A stretch of 32,000 nucleotides of DNA from Sedimentisphaera cyanobacteriorum (GCF_001997385.1 NZ_CP019633.1:1350001-1382000); one strand, 5' to 3'. Positions 14,339 through 23,853 are shown, numbered from the stretch's first letter. Notes: generated from the sequence alone by a model not told the origin. Made by a program: numbers and translations.

Positions 14339-15676
14339 ATGGATGAATTATTCAAAAAGCAGGAAGAAGAAAGAATCCTTTCAAACGCCCCGTTAGCTGT
14401 TCGGATGAGGCCTGAGAATCTTGACGAATTTGCGGGCCAGAGCCATTTTGCGGGCGAAGGGAAGCTCTTGCGGCGTATGCTTGATGCCGGCAGCCTCACA
14501 AGCGTTTTGTTTTACGGGCCTCCGGGTACAGGCAAAACGAGCCTTGCAAGGGTGATAGCGAATACAATAAACGCACATTTCGAATACCTAAACGCCCCGT
14601 CAGCCTCAGTTAAAGACGTTCGCAGCATTACAGAGCGGGCTAAAATGAGGCTGATAAACTCAAAGGCCAAAACGATTCTTTTCCTCGACGAGATACACCG
14701 TTTTTCCCGCACACAGCAGGACAGCCTGCTCAGCGAAGTGGAGCACGGGATTCTGATACTTATCGGCGCAACCACTGAGAACCCTTTTTTCTCAGTAAAC
14801 GGCCCGCTTATCAGCAGAAGCACTCTATTTGAGTTTAAGCCGCTTTCTGAAGACGATATCAAAAAGCTTCTGAAAAGGGCTGCGAAAGATAAAAAACGAG
14901 GCCTCGGCGAAACGAATTTATCCATCTCAGAAGAAGCAATGGAATTTATCGCTCAGATTTGCGATGGAGATGCAAGGCGAAGTTTGAATGCCCTTGAGAT
15001 TGCGGTTTTGAGCAAAAAGCCCGAAGCCGGCAGCAGCAGAGAGGTAACCTTGGAGGATGTGCGTGAATCGGTGCAGAAAAAGCAAATTGCCTACGACCGC
15101 AAGGGCGATTCGCATTACGATATCGCAAGCGCTCTGCAAAAAAGCATACGCGGCTCGGATCCGGATGCCGCTGTTTACTGGCTTGCGAGGATGATAGCAG
15201 GCGGCGAGGATGTTCGCTTTATCGCAAGGCGTGCGGCGGTGTGCGCAGCGGAGGATATCGGCAATGCAGACCCGTTCGCCACAGTGCTTGCGGCTTCTGT
15301 TGTGCAGGTGGCGGAGTTTGTGGGGCTGCCTGAGGCTCAGCTTCCGCTTTCACAGCTGGTTACGTATCTGGCCTGCGCTCCCAAATCCAACGCATCCGCA
15401 AAAGCCGTGTGGGAGGCGGTGGCCGATGTTGAAAACGGGAGGATAACCGATGTCCCCCAGAACCTCAAAGACACCCATTACAAGGGCTCTAAGTCCCTCG
15501 GCCGAGGGCTGGACTACAAATACCCCCACGACTACCCGGGAGGAATTGTGCCCCAGAACTACTCAGGCTCGCAGCAGAGAAAAAAGTATTACAGCCCCGC
15601 AGACTCAGGCAGGGAGAAAAAGATTCGCGAAATCCTCGAGAGAAACAGGGCAATCCTCGATTCAAACGAGCAATAA
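14339..15676 (+). CDS. rarA: Replication-associated recombination protein A (RarA/MgsA AAA+ ATPase)
   Basis: APLAVRMRPENLDEFAGQ, Walker A GPPGTGKTSLA, Walker B LFLDEIHRF, the GATTENP motif, and the C-terminal MgsA domain YDRKGDSHYDIASALQKSIRGSDPDAAVYWLARM. ATG 14339 is preferred over the track's alternative start at 14303. Confidence 0.92.
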   Translation: MDELFKKQEEERILSNAPLAVRMRPENLDEFAGQSHFAGEGKLLRRMLDAGSLTSVLFYGPPGTGKTSLARVIANTINAHFEYLNAPSASVKDVRSITERAKMRLINSKAKTILFLDEIHRFSRTQQDSLLSEVEHGILILIGATTENPFFSVNGPLISRSTLFEFKPLSEDDIKKLLKRAAKDKKRGLGETNLSISEEAMEFIAQICDGDARRSLNALEIAVLSKKPEAGSSREVTLEDVRESVQKKQIAYDRKGDSHYDIASALQKSIRGSDPDAAVYWLARMIAGGEDVRFIARRAAVCAAEDIGNADPFATVLAASVVQVAEFVGLPEAQLPLSQLVTYLACAPKSNASAKAVWEAVADVENGRITDVPQNLKDTHYKGSKSLGRGLDYKYPHDYPGGIVPQNYSGSQQRKKYYSPADSGREKKIREILERNRAILDSNEQ

Positions 15677-15715
15677 GCACAGCACCACGCGAACAAGCGG
15701 ATTTAAACCGCTCAC

Positions 15716-15769
15716 AAACCCGCTATCAATGCGACTGAAAGTGCAGCCCTGATTTACGGGTTTGTTTTT
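15716..15769 (+). terminator. Possible terminator after rarA (weak, large loop)
   Basis: AAACCCG (15716-15722) / CGGGTTT (15757-15763) followed by GTTTTT. The loop of about 34 nt makes this a weak call. Confidence 0.3.
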
Positions 15770-15821
15770 AGACAGGATTTTGGCGTGGAATTTTTTTAAT
15801 CCTCGTGGGATTGGATTAAAC

Positions 15822-15857
15822 CGCGAAGGGCTCGAAGGGCGCGAAGGAACACGAAGA
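15822..15857. repeat. Four tandem 9-nt units of the form NNCGAAGRN
   Basis: CGCGAAGGG / CTCGAAGGG / CGCGAAGGA / ACACGAAGA, read directly from the rarA-otsAB intergenic region. Confidence 0.8.
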
Positions 15858-15905
15858 ATTTTTTGTAAATTGTTTTATTGCAAGCGCTTACATTCTTAAA
15901 TTTAT

Positions 15906-15932
15906 CTGTGCCATCCGTGCCATCTGTGGGTA
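15906..15932. repeat. Three tandem 9-nt units of the form CYGTGSSWT
   Basis: CTGTGCCAT / CCGTGCCAT / CTGTGGGTA, about 50 nt downstream of the first 9-nt array. Confidence 0.75.
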
Positions 15933-16114
15933 ATAATTTTACCAAAAACCATATCTCCTTTGTGTGTTTAGAGCCCTTAGTGGTAAGACAAAAAGCAAAT
16001 CTTCGAAATCAGCCGGTTGAATTTTAAAGTTTGTGAACATCTGATTTGATATTATCGCTAAATCCGATAAACTGAGAGCAAGTGTTAACAAACTAAACAA
16101 GGAAAGGGGTAAAG

Positions 16115-18280
16115 ATGTCCCGATTAGTTATAATATCAAACAGGCTTCCGGTAAACGTAACCAAGCAGGACGGTAAATTCGGCTACCGAGACAGCGTAGG
16201 CGGAGTTGCCACGGGTATATCTTCACTCACCGGCCACGGCGAGAAGATATGGTTCGGCTGGCCCGGGATCCCCTCAGAGGCTCTTACAAAAAAAGAAAAG
16301 AAAGAGGCATCAGAAACGCTCACTGAGAGAGGGTGCTATCCGGTATTTTTGTCAACAGATCAGATAGACAATTTTTATTCAGGATTCTGCAACAGAACCA
16401 TCTGGCCTCTTTTCCACTACTTCTCCGAGCTTTCAATATACGACGAGGCCTTCTGGCAGGCCTATAAATCCGCCAACCAGCTCTTCTGCGACGAGCTTGT
16501 CAAGCATGTGAACGAGGACGACTTCATCTGGGTGCATGATTATCAGCTTATGCTTCTTCCCGAGATGATAAGAGAAAAGCTTCCCGAGGCGCAGATAGGG
16601 TTTTTCCTTCACATTCCGTTCCCGTCATTCGAGCTTATGAGGGAGCTGCCCAGGAGAAGCGAGCTGCTGAACGGTATCCTCGGCGCAGACTTAATCGGCT
16701 TTCACGAATATGACTACGTAAGACACTTTTTGAGCAGTGTTTACAGGATATGCGGATGCGAACACCACCTCAGCAAGCTCCAGATCGATAATCGGCAGAT
16801 AAGGGTGGATGCCTTCCCGATGGGGATAGACTACGAAAAATATGCCTCAATCCCCGAGAAATTCAGGGATAAGCCCGTGAAGGATGAACAGCCCAAGATT
16901 ATCCTCTCTGTTGACCGGCTGGACTACACCAAGGGCATACCAAACAGGCTCGAGGCATACGAAAGCTTTCTCAGCAAATACCCCGAATATCATGGTAAGG
17001 TGCGTCTTGTCATGATTGCCGTTCCAACGAGGACGGAGGTGGAGGAGTATGCGAGCCTGAGGGAAACAATCGAGAAGGACGTAGGACGCATCAACGGAAA
17101 ATACAGCACTGTTGACTGGACGCCGATTTCGTATATGTTCCGCAGCCTTCCGTTTGACGAGCTCTCAGAATTCTACTACCGCGGGGATATTGGGCTTATC
17201 ACGCCCCTGCGAGACGGTATGAATCTCGTGGCGAAGGAATTCATAGCTGCCCAGAAAAACAAAGACCATCAGGCAGTTCTGATTCTCAGCGAGATGGCAG
17301 GCGCTGCAAGCGAGCTTTCCGAGTCTATAGTAATCAATCCGCACCACAAGGACCAGATTGTGGATGCGATAAAGACCGCCCTCGATATGCCCCAAGACCA
17401 GAGAGCCAAAAGAAACAAAATGATGCAGGGCAGAATCTCCAGATACACTGTCGGCCGGTGGGCTACAGAGTTCATCGTAAGCCTTAAGGAGATAAAGAAA
17501 GAACAAAGCAGGCTCAGAACCAAATACTTCACTCGTCAGCATCAGCAGAATGCTGTTGAGGAGTATAACAATTCTGATAAAAGGCTTATTCTTCTCGACT
17601 ACGACGGCACTCTCGCCCCGTTCTCGAGGCTCCCGGAAGATGCGATGCCCTGTCAGGACATTATAGAAACACTGAAAGGCCTATGCACAAATGAAAAGAA
17701 TACCGTTGTAGTAATAAGCGGCAGAGATAAGGACACGCTTTCCAACTGGCTCGGGGCTCTGCCTTTGAACCTCGCGGCAGAACACGGGGCTTTCTATAAA
17801 AGCGCCGGGGGAGACTGGGAATCAGCCATAAACGCTGAGAGCAACTGGAAAGAGATGATAAAGCCCATATTGGAGCTTACAGTTGACAGAACTCCCGGCT
17901 CGCTTATAGAGGAAAAGTCTTCCTCTCTTGTATGGCATTTCAGAAAGAGCGAACCGGACCTCGCAAAGCTTCGTACGCAGGAGCTTAAGGATACGCTTAT
18001 GATGATGGCAGCAAATCTCAATATTGGGGTCTTCGAGGGAAACAAGATTGTTGAGGTTAAGCCGGTAAGCGTGAATAAAGGACAGGCCGCAGGCTACTGG
18101 ACGGCCAAGGAAGACTGGGATTTTATCTTCTGCGCAGGCGATGACTGCACAGATGAAGATATGTTTGAAGCCATGCCTGAGGGGTCTGTTTCCTGCAAGA
18201 TAGGCAAAGGCATTTCAGCTGCTAAATACAAGCTCAACAGGCCTCAGCAGCTTCGTGAATTTCTTAAACAGCTTAAATAA
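16115..18280 (+). CDS. otsA: Bifunctional trehalose-6-phosphate synthase / trehalose-6-phosphate phosphatase (GT20 OtsA fused to HAD OtsB)
   Basis: OtsA part: LVIISNRLPV, IWVHDYQLMLLP, GFFLHIPFPS, LSVDRLDYTKGI, TPLRDGMNLVAKEF, LILSEMAGAA. OtsB part: HAD motif I LLDYDGTL, then VVISGR and AGDDCTDEDMF. RBS GGAAAGGGG lies upstream. Confidence 0.92.
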   Translation: MSRLVIISNRLPVNVTKQDGKFGYRDSVGGVATGISSLTGHGEKIWFGWPGIPSEALTKKEKKEASETLTERGCYPVFLSTDQIDNFYSGFCNRTIWPLFHYFSELSIYDEAFWQAYKSANQLFCDELVKHVNEDDFIWVHDYQLMLLPEMIREKLPEAQIGFFLHIPFPSFELMRELPRRSELLNGILGADLIGFHEYDYVRHFLSSVYRICGCEHHLSKLQIDNRQIRVDAFPMGIDYEKYASIPEKFRDKPVKDEQPKIILSVDRLDYTKGIPNRLEAYESFLSKYPEYHGKVRLVMIAVPTRTEVEEYASLRETIEKDVGRINGKYSTVDWTPISYMFRSLPFDELSEFYYRGDIGLITPLRDGMNLVAKEFIAAQKNKDHQAVLILSEMAGAASELSESIVINPHHKDQIVDAIKTALDMPQDQRAKRNKMMQGRISRYTVGRWATEFIVSLKEIKKEQSRLRTKYFTRQHQQNAVEEYNNSDKRLILLDYDGTLAPFSRLPEDAMPCQDIIETLKGLCTNEKNTVVVISGRDKDTLSNWLGALPLNLAAEHGAFYKSAGGDWESAINAESNWKEMIKPILELTVDRTPGSLIEEKSSSLVWHFRKSEPDLAKLRTQELKDTLMMMAANLNIGVFEGNKIVEVKPVSVNKGQAAGYWTAKEDWDFIFCAGDDCTDEDMFEAMPEGSVSCKIGKGISAAKYKLNRPQQLREFLKQLK

Positions 18281-18305
18281 CAATTACACAACATTTGAGG
18301 AATCA

Positions 18306-20108
18306 ATGCAGAATCTCGACTACGGAATTATCGGCAACTGCAAGAGCGCAGCATTAGTGAGCAAGCAAGGCAGTATAGACTGGTGCTGCCTTCCGGATTT
18401 TGATTCACCTTCGGTATTTGCCAAGATACTCGATAAAAATATCGGAGGGAGCTTTTCTCTGGAAGCAGCAGATAACTACCAGATTACGCAGAAATATATC
18501 GACAAGACCAACGTCTTGGCCACCGAATTCAGCAACGGCGAAGATGCGTTTTGCGTGTATGATTTTATGCCCAGATACAAAACCGAGGCCGGATTTTATC
18601 ACTGCCCGCCTGAGGTTGTTCGGTTCATAAGGCATATCAAGGGCGAACCTGAGGTAATGATCAAGTGCGACCCTCGGCCTGCCTACGCCAAGGACGGAAC
18701 TGTGGTAAGCAAGAACGGCGAATACATAAAATACTCCACTAAGAAAGGGGCTTATGAATCTGTTTATCTCTACACTGATTTCAGCTTCGATGATGTGATT
18801 GCCTCCAAGCCGGTAAAAATCACCACAAACCACTTCCTTCTTCTGGGCTACAATCAGAAGCTTTTCCGCCCTGATTTAGACTGGATCGAGCTTGAATACC
18901 AGCGAACAAGGGTTTACTGGATGGGCTGGGTGTCTAAAACTAAGGTTTACACCAACTACCAGAAAGAGGTTGAGAGAAGCTCCCTTGTGCTCAAGCTGCT
19001 TGCATACCAGAAGACAGGTGCTATTCTCGCAGCCGCCACGACAAGCCTGCCTGAAACAATCGGAGAGGTTCGAAACTGGGACTACCGCTACTGCTGGCTG
19101 AGAGATGCGTCGATGACAATCAGCATTCTCACAAGGCTCGGACATTACAACGTAGCAAGACGCTTCCTCAGGTTTCTGCTGGATATAATCCCGTACAAAA
19201 ACGAAAAGATTCAGATTATGTATCCGATTAACCACCGCGGGGTGCTCAAGGAAAAAGAGCTTCCTTGGCTGGATGGATATGAAAATTCAAAGCCGGTGCG
19301 TATTGGAAATGCCGCAGCAAGGCAGAAGCAAAACGACATATACGGGATTGTGCTTGATGCAATTTGGGAGAGCCTTGTATTCTTCCACGACTCAATAGAC
19401 AACAAAGAAGACCTCTGGACGGTAACCAGAACCCTCGCGAGGCATATAAAAAACAACTGGCAGAAGCTCGATTCAGGTATATGGGAATTCCGCACCGAAC
19501 AGAAACACTTCACCTTCTCCAAACTGCTCTGCTGGGTTGGCATGGACAGGGCTGCAAGGATTGCAAACTTCTTCGGGAAAAGCGAAGAGGCCAACAGCTA
19601 TATCAAACTGCGTGAGGTTATAAAGAAAGATATTCTCAAAAAGGGCAGAGACCCGAGAACCAACACGCTTACGCAGTATTACGGGTCTCAGTCTATCGAT
19701 GCGGCGAATCTGCTGGCCAATGAATACGGTTTCCTTCAGGCGAGCGATCCAACTTACGTTAATACTGTGCTTGAAACTCATAAAGACCTCTGCAGGGACG
19801 GGCTGATGTATCGTTATAAGACATCGGACGATTTCGGGACTCCGAAATCCAGCTTCACGACCTGCACTTTTTGGATGATAAAGTGCCTTTTTTTCATAGG
19901 CCGGCGAAAAGAGGCAACAGAAAACTTCGAAAGGGTTCTCAGCTACGGCAACCACCTCGGGCTTTTCAGCGAAGATATAGACTTTGAAAGCAAGCGTCTT
20001 CTCGGGAATTTTCCGCAGGGGTATTCGCATATCTCGCTTATAGATACAGCCCTTACAATTTCTGAAAGCCCGTACTGGCTCAAAAACGCAGACGACTTTA
20101 AGCCGTAA
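18306..20108 (+). CDS. Glycoside hydrolase family 15 protein (glucoamylase/trehalase-type (alpha/alpha)6 enzyme)
   Basis: N-terminus MQNLDYGIIGNCKSAALVSKQGSIDWCCLPDFDSPSVFAKIL, then SLPETIGEVRNWDYRYCWLRDAS, and the C-terminal LFSEDID...LGNFPQGYSHISLI. ATG 18306 has GAGGA upstream and is preferred over the track start 18255, which would overlap otsAB. Confidence 0.88.
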   Translation: MQNLDYGIIGNCKSAALVSKQGSIDWCCLPDFDSPSVFAKILDKNIGGSFSLEAADNYQITQKYIDKTNVLATEFSNGEDAFCVYDFMPRYKTEAGFYHCPPEVVRFIRHIKGEPEVMIKCDPRPAYAKDGTVVSKNGEYIKYSTKKGAYESVYLYTDFSFDDVIASKPVKITTNHFLLLGYNQKLFRPDLDWIELEYQRTRVYWMGWVSKTKVYTNYQKEVERSSLVLKLLAYQKTGAILAAATTSLPETIGEVRNWDYRYCWLRDASMTISILTRLGHYNVARRFLRFLLDIIPYKNEKIQIMYPINHRGVLKEKELPWLDGYENSKPVRIGNAAARQKQNDIYGIVLDAIWESLVFFHDSIDNKEDLWTVTRTLARHIKNNWQKLDSGIWEFRTEQKHFTFSKLLCWVGMDRAARIANFFGKSEEANSYIKLREVIKKDILKKGRDPRTNTLTQYYGSQSIDAANLLANEYGFLQASDPTYVNTVLETHKDLCRDGLMYRYKTSDDFGTPKSSFTTCTFWMIKCLFFIGRRKEATENFERVLSYGNHLGLFSEDIDFESKRLLGNFPQGYSHISLIDTALTISESPYWLKNADDFKP

Positions 20109-20111
20109 TGA

Positions 20112-21404
20112 TTATTCGCCGGACTTGCCTCTGCCTTGTCTTGTGTAAAACATCATCCCTGCGGCGCTGACGTAATTGCGGAATATATCCCATTCGGCCT
20201 TTATCAGCTCCATGGAGTTTTGCCAGCGAGCCTGATGCTTTTCTGTGAGGGTGTCTTTGCGGAAGCTGCAAAGCTCGCTGTACTGCTGCAGTACCGAGTC
20301 GCTGCAGGCATCTATCGAAAACCTTTCAGCTGTTTTCTCTGAGCATTTGCGCATAGCCTTTTTCTCATCTTCAGGCAGTTCTAAAAACTCGCCGATTCTC
20401 TCAGCGAATGAATCGGCATTTTCATTCTCCACCATAAGCCCGTTTTTCCCGTCTTCGAGGATATCGTCAACACCAGGGGCATTCAAAGCTGCCACGGGCG
20501 TTCCTGAAGCCATAGCCTCTGCGAGCACCATACCCTGCGTTTCTGTTTTTGAGGCGAATGCAAACAAATCCATTGCATCGTAGGCATCGTAAAGCTGCTG
20601 CCCAGAGAGCATACCGGTAAAAACAACCCTTCCAGAAACGCCATGGTCTTTTACTTTCTGCTCCATTTGGCTTCTTTGCGGTCCGTCTCCAACAGCGAGG
20701 AAACAAGCATCAGGATTATTATTGAGCACTTTAATTACAGAGCTGAGAAGAAAGTCCAGATTTTTCTCCGGAGCAAATCGGCCGATATGCCCCATCAGGA
20801 AGCAATCTTCGGATATGCCGTAATTCTTTCTGAAATTCTGACCTCTGCCTGTTTTGAACTGCTGGACTTCAATGCCTGAGGGTATTACGACTATGGGCGT
20901 TTTAACCCCCCTGCCAATAAGCATCGATTTTACCGCCCTGCTCGGGGCTATTATCTTGTCGCAAAGGTTTGAATAGCCTTTTGTAACGGAGCGGACGAAG
21001 CGTTTTACGCGTTCGGAATCTGCGTTTATATAATGTATGTATCTCTCATACATTGTATGGTATGTAAATACAAGGGGAATCTCTCTTGAAGCAGCGATTC
21101 GAAGGGCGGTACTGCCAACGATAAACGGAAAGTGCGAATGAACGATATCGGGCTTGAAATCCTTTATCCTCGAACGTATCTCCCCGGGCAGGGGTATGGT
21201 TACGGGGAAGTTGGTATCGTTGAAGTTGTTTATCGCCGAAACCCTGAGTACATCCTGCTCGTCTTCCACAGGCTTATCTGATTTCGGCGCAATCACCAGA
21301 ACAGAATGTCCCTTCTCCCTGAAATACTGAGCGAAAGACTGGATAGACTTCTCAATACCCCCTACATAAGGGGCATAACTGTTTGTTACCATCAGGATAC
21401 GCAT
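20112..21404 (-). CDS. GT4-family (group 1) glycosyltransferase
   Basis: MRILMVTNSYAPYVGGIEKSI at the N-terminus and the GT-B C-terminal motif ...FAFASKTETQGMVLAEAMASGTPVAALNAPGVDDIL. A non-catalytic C-terminal extension of about 70 aa follows. Confidence 0.85.
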   Translation of the reverse strand: MRILMVTNSYAPYVGGIEKSIQSFAQYFREKGHSVLVIAPKSDKPVEDEQDVLRVSAINNFNDTNFPVTIPLPGEIRSRIKDFKPDIVHSHFPFIVGSTALRIAASREIPLVFTYHTMYERYIHYINADSERVKRFVRSVTKGYSNLCDKIIAPSRAVKSMLIGRGVKTPIVVIPSGIEVQQFKTGRGQNFRKNYGISEDCFLMGHIGRFAPEKNLDFLLSSVIKVLNNNPDACFLAVGDGPQRSQMEQKVKDHGVSGRVVFTGMLSGQQLYDAYDAMDLFAFASKTETQGMVLAEAMASGTPVAALNAPGVDDILEDGKNGLMVENENADSFAERIGEFLELPEDEKKAMRKCSEKTAERFSIDACSDSVLQQYSELCSFRKDTLTEKHQARWQNSMELIKAEWDIFRNYVSAAGMMFYTRQGRGKSGE

Positions 21405-23692
21405 TAATCATTTATCCTTTCCGCTTTAAACTCCCCTGCTTCCTGCGTCGCTGTTTTCTGCGAGAATCCGGGAATCTTCAGGACAACCTCGGGCGTCTGT
21501 CCGTGCCAGTCTGCTTTGAATTCTGCAGAAACTGAATCTTCCTCAAATCGCAGTGTAAGATTTACTGTTCCCCAGAGAGTTGGGGCTGGGCCTATGCTTA
21601 CCACCTCGCCTGCCTTTGTCCAATCTGGATGAATACCTGCTCCGAGGATGAGCTGATTCTTCGTTTTCTGCTCATAAACCATACAGCTTCTGATGTAGTT
21701 CACCCATTCAGCAGCCGCCCAGATGTGCTGGCCGTCTCCCATGCAGCCGCCTTCGGTTCTCGGGTGCACCGCCTCAGGCCACTGCCCTGTAGGCGTAGCA
21801 AGCCGGCAAAGAGTGTCAGCGAGCTCAAAATGCCTGCTGTCTCCGGCTCGCATAAGCACCTGGGCAATATGCAGAGTTAGATACGGGTTTATGCCCGAAT
21901 GCGAAATATCAAGGAAGAAACCGTCCTTTACTCGGCAGTTGTTCATTAAAAATTCTACTGTAGCAAGCAGCTGGGAATCTTCAGGCTCCACAAGCTGGAG
22001 CGGATATCCGCATACAATAGATCCCACAGCACCTGCATCAAGACGCCTGTAGGGTGATACCGGAATTGCCCGCTGGTTCAGCTTTGCAGACGCCTTCTCA
22101 ATGCTTGCATCAATAGCCCTGCGGAGCTTAATAGCCTGATTATTGTATTTCTCTGCTTTGCTTATCATACCAGAGGATTCGACTATCTCCGCAGCACAGT
22201 GCAGGCCGGCCAGAGCCCAGAAATCGTCCCAGTAGTAATGGTCGTTCGGGCCGAAATGCTCTGCGCTGAAGCCCGCCGGCAGAAGCCCTGCATGCATTGA
22301 GTCTTTATCGGGGTTAGTACATTTCCTGCAGATCCAGTCTGCGGCTTTGCACACCGATTCAAAAATATCAGTGGAAAGCGGTCTGCCTTTCATCTTCCAG
22401 TTTCTGTGAATAATCCATATTGCCTGACCGTTAGAATCCCATTCGCCGTCCTGAGAGCGGAAATAGCCCCCTGTTTTCTGCCTTGATGGGTATGAGCCTA
22501 TAACCGGTTCGGCAAGATGCGAGAGATTCGCACATAAAAGAGCATCCAGAATGAATGAGGCGTCTCTAAACCAGAAGCGTTTGTATGTAAACGGGCCTGG
22601 GTAAACATCCTCTCCCACGGTATGAAGTGCAACGCTTCTCAAGGCGGTTTCGTAGAGCCTTTGCTTCTTCTTATCGGGGATAATAATTCTGCATCTGCCT
22701 TTAAGCGAATCCTTCCAGGAAAGAGCCTTGCCTGCAGGTTTGTTTCCTTTCGGGGAAGACCTGTCGCCGAAGAAGGTTTGCTTTCTCAGCGGTATATAAA
22801 GGTTCATATCGAGCTGCCCGTTCTCATCAGGCTCGAAAACAGCTGCTGCTGTGGCCATGCCAACGCTGCATTTAACCGAGTCTTGAGTTTCAGAAGACTT
22901 ATCCGCAAGCCTGGCTGAAACATCGCCGTCTGCATATCTCTGCATATAGTTGTTATCAACCCGCCTGTCAAACAGGACAGAGGTTTTATCGTTGATCTGC
23001 CATCTGCGGGCTTCATTGTCCAGTTTTACCGTATGCACAAAGCTGATCCCTTCAGGATTGTATGGGCGCAGGGAGACCGCAAGCCTCTCAGATGAGCGAA
23101 CACGAAGCTTAATATCGCAAACATACTCGCCCTTGCTCTGACGAACCTGAACTGCGGAGATTATCTTGCCCGAATCGAACTCGGTTTTTGTAACAACAGC
23201 GAGATTCCCGAAAAAGCAGAGCCTCTGTTTTGTTTTGCCTTCGATTTTGGAGGATGCCTGCACATTGCCGTTTTTATCGACAAGCCAGAAATCCAGAGAC
23301 CAGCCGTCCCAGTGGGGTGTTACCGTACCTGCAGGGTCTGTAATGGGCAAATAACCGAGCCCTGGAAGGCCTGCTGCTGTCCAGTTGCGATGGGTAAGAT
23401 TGATGTACGTCAGTGAGAATGCGCTGGGCACGAAAGACTTGTCCGAAGGGTTGAACTGCCTTTGAATCCAGTACGGCCATATCCAGTCTGAATTCTGGGG
23501 TATTGCCCTGCTGTTTATAAGCCCGCGTGAATGGAAAACGATATTATCCCTTATCAGCTCTATAGGCCCGGCAACCTCAGAAGGCTGAGAAAACCTCTGA
23601 AAATACGACCAAAGAACTACAGGGTCTAAAAAACCGTGTCTTTTTGCTGCATACGATATTAAAAATTTCCATGGAAACCATTTCAACCACAT
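21404..23692 (-). CDS. Large putative (alpha/alpha)6-barrel glycosidase-like protein (GDE_C/GH63/GH15-like C-terminal half, uncharacterised N-terminal half)
   Basis: 762 aa. YKRFWFRDASFILDALL, DGEWDSNGQAIWII and later helical repeats (HYYWDDFWALAGL, GYPLQL, NPYLTLHIAQ, GQWPEAV) resemble six-hairpin glycosidases. Its stop overlaps the GT4 start by 1 nt (TAATG). Confidence 0.5.
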   Translation of the reverse strand: MWLKWFPWKFLISYAAKRHGFLDPVVLWSYFQRFSQPSEVAGPIELIRDNIVFHSRGLINSRAIPQNSDWIWPYWIQRQFNPSDKSFVPSAFSLTYINLTHRNWTAAGLPGLGYLPITDPAGTVTPHWDGWSLDFWLVDKNGNVQASSKIEGKTKQRLCFFGNLAVVTKTEFDSGKIISAVQVRQSKGEYVCDIKLRVRSSERLAVSLRPYNPEGISFVHTVKLDNEARRWQINDKTSVLFDRRVDNNYMQRYADGDVSARLADKSSETQDSVKCSVGMATAAAVFEPDENGQLDMNLYIPLRKQTFFGDRSSPKGNKPAGKALSWKDSLKGRCRIIIPDKKKQRLYETALRSVALHTVGEDVYPGPFTYKRFWFRDASFILDALLCANLSHLAEPVIGSYPSRQKTGGYFRSQDGEWDSNGQAIWIIHRNWKMKGRPLSTDIFESVCKAADWICRKCTNPDKDSMHAGLLPAGFSAEHFGPNDHYYWDDFWALAGLHCAAEIVESSGMISKAEKYNNQAIKLRRAIDASIEKASAKLNQRAIPVSPYRRLDAGAVGSIVCGYPLQLVEPEDSQLLATVEFLMNNCRVKDGFFLDISHSGINPYLTLHIAQVLMRAGDSRHFELADTLCRLATPTGQWPEAVHPRTEGGCMGDGQHIWAAAEWVNYIRSCMVYEQKTKNQLILGAGIHPDWTKAGEVVSIGPAPTLWGTVNLTLRFEEDSVSAEFKADWHGQTPEVVLKIPGFSQKTATQEAGEFKAERIND

Positions 23693-23853
23693 AGAAAACC
23701 TTTTGCTTGATTATGTTTTTTTGTATAAGCCATAAGAGCCCTAATCCTCTCAACCATTTTTTATACATTCATAAGGCTCCATTGTTCGCCTTTCTGCTCC
23801 TTTTAGACCTAAAAACCTCTCTGAAAAGCAAGTTTGCTCAATCCCGAGAGAAC

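Noticed and set aside
15822-15932. The 9-nt tandem arrays as a possible CRISPR array
   Set aside because: The units are only 9 nt long and directly abut with no spacers. No cas genes are present.
18255-18305. The track's longer start for the GH15 gene, overlapping the end of otsAB
   Set aside because: The extension (MNFLNSLNNNYTTFEES) is not family-like. ATG 18306 has a GAGGA RBS and begins the conserved GH15 N-terminus.
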